A stretch of DNA of 64,000 nt from Oceanispirochaeta sp. (GTDB lineage Bacteria; Spirochaetota; Spirochaetia; DSM-2461): contig CAXXOA010000001.1 in assembly GCA_963666275.2 (NCBI GenBank), forward strand, positions 1,728,001 to 1,792,000, given 5' to 3'. The notes beneath the pieces were generated by a model that had not been told where the DNA came from, searched no databases, and worked only from the letters and a program-made list of their open reading frames with translations. Shown here one piece after another: positions 57,969 to 64,000 of this stretch (the stretch's first letter is position 1; the number at the start of each line of letters is the position of its first letter). The translations under genes and the position numbers were made by a program.

Positions 57969-58325
57969 ATGAAAGATCTGTTATTGGATGAAATGGGAGA
58001 TATCACTATCAGCAGTTTCGATATGGTTTTTACAGATACCGAGAGTGTTTATGTATCCCAGAAACTGGGCTTTAAATTAACCCTGGTTGAAGGAGAGTGG
58101 TTTCTGAATCGATCAAAAGGGATTTCCTATTTCAAGAATGTATTTAAAAAGAATCCTGATTTGAAGATAGTCGGGGATCTATTTAAAAGAGAAATCCTGT
58201 CTGTATCGGAAGTATCGAAGATAAAATCATTCCTTTTATCACTGACAGCAAAACGGGAGTTATTCCTGGATTTTACAGTACTTCTTGCTTCTGGTGAAAC
58301 TTTGAATTATGAGGGGGCCTTATGA
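57969..58325 (+). CDS. baseplate wedge (gp25-like) protein
   Basis: GEWFLN...GI.Y; precedes baseplate J. Confidence 0.72.
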   Translation: MKDLLLDEMGDITISSFDMVFTDTESVYVSQKLGFKLTLVEGEWFLNRSKGISYFKNVFKKNPDLKIVGDLFKREILSVSEVSKIKSFLLSLTAKRELFLDFTVLLASGETLNYEGAL

Positions 58326-59764
58326 CATACGGATTGACTCCTGAAGGTTTTATTCCAAAACCATTGCAGGTGATCCTGACAGAAATGCGGAACGAATATA
58401 AAGGATTGTATGGTGATGATCTGGATGTTTCAGATGAATCCGTCATGGGTCAGTGGATCGGTGTTTCCGCCAAAAGGGAAGCTCTGCTCTGGGAAGAGAT
58501 GGCAGAAGTATATGCGTCCCGAGATCCTTCCTCTGCAGAAGATGCCCCATTGGATGGTATTTGTGATTATACCGGAGTGAAGAGGTTGAAGGCCAGAAAG
58601 ACCTATGTTCCCGTACTTCTGAAAGGGAAAGAAGGAACCTTAGTGGAAGCCGGAAAAAGAGTGAATCAGTCCTCAGCAACCGACAAGGTGGATTTTCTCT
58701 TGCGTGATGATGTGACAATTTCGGCATCGACTGTTCAGGAAGTTCTTTTTTCTTTTCCGGAGGTGAAAAACTCAACCTTGTATTCCATCTCCCTGGATGG
58801 TGAGTCGTTTGAATATACTTCATCGGCTGAAGCTTCCTTGAATGAGATCATCCAGGCTTTGTATCTGCAGATAACAGAAACCTGGGATGGTGAATGTGTT
58901 GTTAAAAATGATGAAACCATCCTGACATACAATTATGATGAATCCTTTTCTGCAGAGTGTAATGAAGAAATTTCTATGGATGAATTCTGGACGCCCGGAA
59001 TAGCAGATGCCGAATTTACTGGCAAATATCCGGCCCCTGCAGGAACTGTTGATACGATTGTCAGCGCTGTTACAGATTGGGATGAAGTAAAGAATGCCGT
59101 CCAGGGAATCACCGGAAGAGACACTGAAACTAATGCGGAGCTGCGGATCCGCCGGAGGCAGTCTCTCCGGTCGAGTGGAAATGCCACTGATGAAGCAATC
59201 AGAAGCGCCTTGCTCCAGGATGTGGAAGGTGTAGCTGATGCAATAGTGTTTTCCAACCGGAAAGATGGTCCCGATGCAAAAGGACGCCCCGGCCACTCCT
59301 TTGAAACAGTTGTAGAAGGTGGGGATGAAGATGAAATTGCTGCCAAGATCTGGGAGAAAATGGGAAGCGGAATAGAACCCTACGGCCAGATCAGTAAAAC
59401 CGTTCTTGATTCAACCGGTAAAGAGCAGACAATAGGATTTTCACGACCAGTTGCCAAATATCTCTGGATAAAAATTGAATACACCCTTTATGCGGAAGAG
59501 GACTTCCCCGAGAACGGTGAAGAGCTTATGAGGCAGGCAATCCTGGATTTCGCTTTTGATGAATATATCAAAGGGCAGGATGTTATTCGGAAACGGTTAA
59601 TCGGTCCGGTTTATCAGACCTCCGGCATCGAGGAAGTCAATGTATATATCGCTGTTACTACAGCTCCAGAAGATACCCCGTCCTACTATCAAAATAATAT
59701 AGCCATCGATGAAACAGAATACGCTGAAGCATCTGCCGGCAGAGTTATTCTGGAGGCTATCTGA
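58322..59764 (+). CDS. baseplate J/gp47 family protein
   Basis: YGLTPEGF, GRDTETNAELRIR, HSFETVVEGG, FSRP. Confidence 0.9.
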   Translation: MTYGLTPEGFIPKPLQVILTEMRNEYKGLYGDDLDVSDESVMGQWIGVSAKREALLWEEMAEVYASRDPSSAEDAPLDGICDYTGVKRLKARKTYVPVLLKGKEGTLVEAGKRVNQSSATDKVDFLLRDDVTISASTVQEVLFSFPEVKNSTLYSISLDGESFEYTSSAEASLNEIIQALYLQITETWDGECVVKNDETILTYNYDESFSAECNEEISMDEFWTPGIADAEFTGKYPAPAGTVDTIVSAVTDWDEVKNAVQGITGRDTETNAELRIRRRQSLRSSGNATDEAIRSALLQDVEGVADAIVFSNRKDGPDAKGRPGHSFETVVEGGDEDEIAAKIWEKMGSGIEPYGQISKTVLDSTGKEQTIGFSRPVAKYLWIKIEYTLYAEEDFPENGEELMRQAILDFAFDEYIKGQDVIRKRLIGPVYQTSGIEEVNVYIAVTTAPEDTPSYYQNNIAIDETEYAEASAGRVILEAI

Positions 59765-60378
59765 TGGTTCAGATTGATAAATATGATGATGTCATACTTC
59801 CTCTGATCATATCCAAGCTTAGGGACAAAGAAAAATTCAGAGGGATGGTGAGTATTGGTAATGCCAGGGCTGACACAATGGAAACAGCTATGGTTTCTCT
59901 GATAAATGACTCACTGGAAAACTCTTCTGGTGTTCAGTTGGATATAGCCGGTGAAATTGTCGGGATGGAAAGAGGGAACCGGGATGATGAATCCTACAGG
60001 TCTCTGATCTTTCTGAAGATACTGATCAATATCAGCAGCGGAGAACCGGAAACACTTATCCAGGCTATCAAGCAGCTGTATGGTGCCAGTGATGTGGATT
60101 ATCATCCTGTATACCCTGCAAAAGTTCGAGTCTGGCAGGATGGAGAGTTTGGAATTTTCATCACCTATGACATGGATAGTGTTTCCGGAGATGAATTGGC
60201 TTTTATGGACGGGAATACTTTTCTAGGTAGAACGGTGGATGAATCTTCACAGGATCTTCTGGTGGGATTGCTTCCATCCGGAGTGGATTTGATGCTGGCT
60301 CATACAGTAATAGACCAGAAAGATAATGAGCTGGCTTTTTTAGATGGGAATGACCTTATAGGAGTTTTATATGAGTAG
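59764..60378 (+). CDS. baseplate I-like (DUF2612-like) protein
   Basis: GVQLDIAGEIVG..R...DESYR. Confidence 0.72.
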   Translation: MVQIDKYDDVILPLIISKLRDKEKFRGMVSIGNARADTMETAMVSLINDSLENSSGVQLDIAGEIVGMERGNRDDESYRSLIFLKILINISSGEPETLIQAIKQLYGASDVDYHPVYPAKVRVWQDGEFGIFITYDMDSVSGDELAFMDGNTFLGRTVDESSQDLLVGLLPSGVDLMLAHTVIDQKDNELAFLDGNDLIGVLYE

Positions 60379-61111
60379 AAAGACGGTACTGGAATACCCA
60401 GCGGAATCCTCTCCTGGGGATAGTAATATTCTTTACCTGGTAAACGGGCTAACAGACAGGAATATAACGCTCCGGAAATTGAAGGATTATATCCTTGGAA
60501 GTGTTAACCGCTTGGTAAAAGACACCCCGGAAACAGACTCGGATACGGTGCTTACAGCTAATGGCGTGAATAATCTGATTGCCCGAGTTGGGAAGCTTTA
60601 TGTTCAATATCCCTTTATGCCGACTCCGGATGAATTCTATGGAGTTGGCTCTTGGTTGAATATATCAACAAGAGCTGTTGGTTATGGGATTTCCGATACA
60701 AACAGCGGCGATCCAACCAGTTATATTAGCAGGGAAGCTGCTGGTCAGGGGATGGACTTTGCAGATACGGATTTAGCTGTGGATGATCAGATTTCAGGTG
60801 GAACTTATGACGGAAAGTATATCCGGTCGGTCGAGAGTTATTCTGGATTGTTTTTTCGTGTGGAAGGGGGGAACGCTACAGGATTTGAACAAGAAATACA
60901 ATTAGATCAATTACAAGATCATGATCATTATATTTTAGGGCGCTTCAGAGATACTACTTCAGGTGCATCAGCACAATATAAAGGTCTTAATGCTGGTGGA
61001 ACTTATAATTCGAATCAACACACAGATGGATTGTTTGGTAGTAATGCTAGGTATGGAGAAGAGACGAATCCAATAAACAGATCAAATCGTATTTGGTTAA
61101 GGACGGCATAA
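60371..61111 (+). CDS. tail fibre protein
   Basis: VGKLYVQYP, GLFFRVEGG, QLDQLQDHDH, ETNPINRS.RIWLRTA. Confidence 0.72.
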   Translation: MSRKTVLEYPAESSPGDSNILYLVNGLTDRNITLRKLKDYILGSVNRLVKDTPETDSDTVLTANGVNNLIARVGKLYVQYPFMPTPDEFYGVGSWLNISTRAVGYGISDTNSGDPTSYISREAAGQGMDFADTDLAVDDQISGGTYDGKYIRSVESYSGLFFRVEGGNATGFEQEIQLDQLQDHDHYILGRFRDTTSGASAQYKGLNAGGTYNSNQHTDGLFGSNARYGEETNPINRSNRIWLRTA

Positions 61112-61638
61112 TGGAATATATATTCAATCACGATGGAAAGATTCAACATAGCTGTGGAGCGACTCTCCCCAAAGGGGCCATAAAAGTAACTGGGTGGAAT
61201 GGCACTCCTGGAGAACCCTGGGAGTGGTATAAAAAAGGTATTCGGATATCTGATGATGAATTGGTGGCTGATGGTCTCCGGAAGGATTATCGGGGGACCT
61301 ATTATGATCAGGATAAACAAGAGCACAAGATCAACGCCTTAGACAAGGAGCCTGAACCCACATGGACAAAAGAAAACTGGTCACACAATACCGATGTTCT
61401 CGATCTGGAGACTATGACTTGGAAAGAAGACGCTAAAGCCAAGTCTAAATTCGAGAATGCTATCCTCAGAGGCAAAAGAGCATCCGAGTTCTCCCAGTTT
61501 GATAAATACCAGCTGCCTCTTCTCTGGGCAAACCTGACAGAATCTCAACAAACAGAATATACCGAGTGGAGAAACGCCTGGTTAAACGCACCTGAAACAA
61601 AGATTCAGCCTGAGCGGCCAGTGTGGTTTCAGAGATAG
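61111..61638 (+). CDS. tail fibre assembly-like protein
   Basis: Follows the fibre gene; LR..R...D...WRNAWLNAP...P.RP. Confidence 0.62.
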   Translation: MEYIFNHDGKIQHSCGATLPKGAIKVTGWNGTPGEPWEWYKKGIRISDDELVADGLRKDYRGTYYDQDKQEHKINALDKEPEPTWTKENWSHNTDVLDLETMTWKEDAKAKSKFENAILRGKRASEFSQFDKYQLPLLWANLTESQQTEYTEWRNAWLNAPETKIQPERPVWFQR

Positions 61639-61702
61639 CCATGTTGGTTTTTGGGAATTGAGTTCTCCCATTTTATCAACTGGGAGGATCGGGAGGGGAA
61701 TA

Positions 61703-61960
61703 TTGAGTGATGATGAACTGAAAGAAATCCGACCAACTTGCCGGGAAAGGTTTCTGGAGCTAGAACGTGACATGATGGGAGTTCCAGGAGATGAGTATGG
61801 AATACGGAGGAAAGTAGGAGTGATGTGGACGGCTCATTTGAAAAGGAAAGAAACAGAAACTATCAAAAAAGTTGCATGGGATAAGTTACTGCAAACTGGA
61901 TTGGCATTACTGCAGTCAGGATTACTGGTGTATTGGATTTCTGGAGGCAGGGCTTCATGA
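61703..61960 (+). CDS. small membrane protein (holin-like)
   Basis: TTG after GGAGG; C-terminal TM; coupled to the endolysin. Confidence 0.5.
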   Translation: MSDDELKEIRPTCRERFLELERDMMGVPGDEYGIRRKVGVMWTAHLKRKETETIKKVAWDKLLQTGLALLQSGLLVYWISGGRAS

Positions 61961-62511
61961 TCTGGCCATGTCCTGGAAATACTCATATAACAACGCCCTG
62001 GGATGATCCCAGACCAGTTTCTAATCCAGGTAAACATGTTCATGGTGGAATTGATATAGGAACTCCCATTGGATCCACAATCGTTGCTCCTGAAGATGGT
62101 GGGCTGTACCTGTACTTTTCCATCCGGAAGGAAAGCGGTCAGTATTGGCCATCTGGTGAGATGAGTGACTTCCCTTACAGGAATTACTTTTATGATATGT
62201 TCGGCGGAATTGCTGTCCTCCGGGGGAAGTCAGGACTGATCCACTTGTTTGCTCATCTTTATATGAATCCGATGCATAATAAAAACAGGCATGACTGGGT
62301 TTACATAGAGCAGAAAAAGGATACTCGATTCCCTATTTTCTGTTTAATGGCCGGGGAGATACAAGTAAAAGCAGGAGAGAAAATTGGGGAGTCCGGGAAT
62401 AGCGGGTTTTCATCAGGACCGCATATTCATTATGAAACTCATTATGGTTTCAGGTGGCAGAATTGGGGGGATCGTCCAGATCCGGAGAAATTTAACTGGG
62501 AGGTAGCATAA
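61957..62511 (+). CDS. M23 peptidase endolysin
   Basis: HGGID, GESGNSGFSSGPHIHYE. Confidence 0.87.
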   Translation: MIWPCPGNTHITTPWDDPRPVSNPGKHVHGGIDIGTPIGSTIVAPEDGGLYLYFSIRKESGQYWPSGEMSDFPYRNYFYDMFGGIAVLRGKSGLIHLFAHLYMNPMHNKNRHDWVYIEQKKDTRFPIFCLMAGEIQVKAGEKIGESGNSGFSSGPHIHYETHYGFRWQNWGDRPDPEKFNWEVA

Positions 62512-62924
62512 TGGGGTTGTTTGGGAAAATATTTCAAGCTGGTGGTGACACCATTAAAGGAACTCTGGAAGGGGCTGGAGAACTGGCAAAAGATGTCAGG
62601 ACTGCTATTACCGGGGAGATTCCAGCAGAAAAACGGGCTGAAATAGAAAGTAAGCTATTTGAGATTGAAGCAAATATCAAGAAATCTCAATCTGAGATTA
62701 TTATTGCTGAAGCAAAAGGAGAGAGCTGGCTGCAGAGAAATTGGCGGCCAATGGTTATGCTGTTTTTCGCAGTCCTCATCGGAATGACGTTTTTCGGGCT
62801 ACGACCGGAAGGAGTTACGGATGAGATTTTTATCGAGCTTATGGGACTTTTAAAAATAGGTCTTGGAGGGTATGTTATTGGTCAGAGTGCAGAGGTGATT
62901 GCGGATAAGTGGAATAAACAATAA
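62511..62924 (+). CDS. 3TM-family holin
   Basis: AEAKGESWLQRNWRP, LGGYVIGQSAE. Confidence 0.82.
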   Translation: MGLFGKIFQAGGDTIKGTLEGAGELAKDVRTAITGEIPAEKRAEIESKLFEIEANIKKSQSEIIIAEAKGESWLQRNWRPMVMLFFAVLIGMTFFGLRPEGVTDEIFIELMGLLKIGLGGYVIGQSAEVIADKWNKQ

Positions 62925-62933
62925 TCATATTGA

Positions 62934-63575
62934 TCAATAATTATTTAGGAATTTTTCAGCCATATCTTTCCCGCATAAGGTAAAGTGACTTGCCCATAAA
63001 TGATAAAGATCACGCCGATTGTAATCGGTAGTATCGTGAAGTATTAACCCAAGCTCTTGTGCGAGTTTTGCTTGTTCTGCTCTTATTAGATCCATATTGG
63101 CTTGACTTGCTGCATACTCTTCAGCTTGATTTATCTGTACTTGTGCAATTTCTGTTGGTAACTCATCCAAATCAAAATAATTTTTAAGATATGTATAGAG
63201 TCCAATAAATCTTTCATTGTATTGCGCAGCAAGATCCGGTTTATCATCAGCTTCACCCTGAAACCAAAAAAGTCCAGCTATCCTATACTTTTCAAGATTT
63301 TGTTCCTCTATTGAGCTTTCTACTTTTGCAATATCTTCTATAAGATTATTTTGAATTCCATCATTATACCATTGTGTTATTGAATCTCCTGGATGCTTTT
63401 GATGAATAACAACTATGCTTGGATCATATTCGGTTAATACCTCTCGAATCCCATCAGCCCACATTTCATGAGCATTGGATTGGCCAAAGCATAAATATAC
63501 CTCGGTTGTATTATGAGAAAAATTACATGACATAATTAATAGCGAGATCAGTATGAATAAGAACAATTGTTTCAT
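62934..63575 (-). CDS. SGNH carbohydrate esterase (SASA/CE6-like) lipoprotein moron
   Basis: Lipobox LIMSC, GQSN, WFQGEAD, DLYH; AT-rich, opposite strand. Confidence 0.8.
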   Translation of the reverse strand: MKQLFLFILISLLIMSCNFSHNTTEVYLCFGQSNAHEMWADGIREVLTEYDPSIVVIHQKHPGDSITQWYNDGIQNNLIEDIAKVESSIEEQNLEKYRIAGLFWFQGEADDKPDLAAQYNERFIGLYTYLKNYFDLDELPTEIAQVQINQAEEYAASQANMDLIRAEQAKLAQELGLILHDTTDYNRRDLYHLWASHFTLCGKDMAEKFLNNY

Positions 63576-63782
63576 AAGAAATAAAGTATCAGATGTAGTA
63601 GAAATAAACAATTTCCTGACTTAATGAAAACAAAAGATCAGCATTTATTGATAATAATCTGGTAGATAAATGGTTGACAGTATGATAGTTAAGAATTGTC
63701 TTTATTTCTGATTTAATTGCTGCAAAATAGGAATATAATTTGGTTATAGACAGTTGTTTTCTATAATAAGACATCTTTAATG

Positions 63783-63796
63783 CCGGTCACCGGCAC
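63783..63796 (+). repeat. attR core
   Basis: CCGGTCACCGGCAC identical to 29047-29060. Confidence 0.88.
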
Positions 63797-63799
63797 GAG

Positions 63800-63843
63800 A
63801 AAAAAGGCTGATTTAATGCTACGCAGTAAATCAGCCTTTTTTT
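63800..63843 (+). terminator. terminator after attR
   Basis: AGGCTGATTTAATGC-TAC-GCAGTAAATCAGCCT plus T run. Confidence 0.8.
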
Positions 63844-64000
63844 ATGACCTGTCATATTAAACTCACCAGAAAAAATCAAACGTTCCAATCTTAAAAGCAT
63901 ACGACGATGAACTAAAAATGCTCGCTCCCAAAGCCTACTAACTGTATGATATAGATGGCTACCGCATCAAAAAACAGAACAAATCAGGCCAGGAAACCCA

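Larger units (their letters stand above)
29047..63796. mobile_element. prophage (~34.7 kb, myovirus-type) integrated in tRNA-Leu(TAA)
   Basis: Direct repeat CCGGTCACCGGCAC at 29047-29060 and 63783-63796; integrase at the left end; full set of immunity, replication, head, contractile tail and lysis modules. Confidence 0.93.

Noticed and set aside
60371..61638. Diversity-generating retroelement or invertible tail-fibre cassette
   Set aside because: No reverse transcriptase, no template/variable repeat pair, and no alternative fibre ends or flanking inverted repeats seen.
1..64000. CRISPR array, cas genes or rRNA
   Set aside because: No regularly spaced direct repeats, cas-like ORFs or rRNA-like sequence found by eye.

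Overview
Spirochaete chromosome segment (Spirochaetaceae-like gene content). Positions 1-29 kb are housekeeping and motility genes: GH3 nagZ (partial), trxB, flgN-flgK-flgL-fliW-csrA, an HD-GYP protein, tsaB/tsaE, two PilZ proteins, fliD, flaG, two flaB (each with a sigma28-like promoter and a CsrA-type GGA hairpin), 6S RNA, zapA/zapB, infC-rpmI-rplT, two flaA, a complete IS66 (17-bp IRs, 8-bp TSD), tatD and fba. An apparently complete ~34.7-kb myovirus-type prophage (29047-63796) is integrated in the 3' end of tRNA-Leu(TAA) and bounded by a 14-bp direct repeat. It carries an integrase, a SIR2/BRCT/PD-(D/E)XK putative defence cassette, a cI/RHH switch with three operators, ParA/ParB with a candidate parS palindrome, a Rep with internal iterons, a second tyrosine recombinase, HK97-type head genes (portal fused to a MuF-like domain), a contractile tail, lysis genes and a carbohydrate-esterase lipoprotein moron. 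The most unusual features are two phage non-coding regions. One is a ~480-nt structured region with three tRNA-like modules (acceptor stem plus T arm, degenerate middle) in the early operon. The other is an AT-rich insert between terS and terL with a cryptic ORF and a promoter-sRNA-terminator unit built from repeated loop motifs. All calls come from reading the sequence; no database searches were run.
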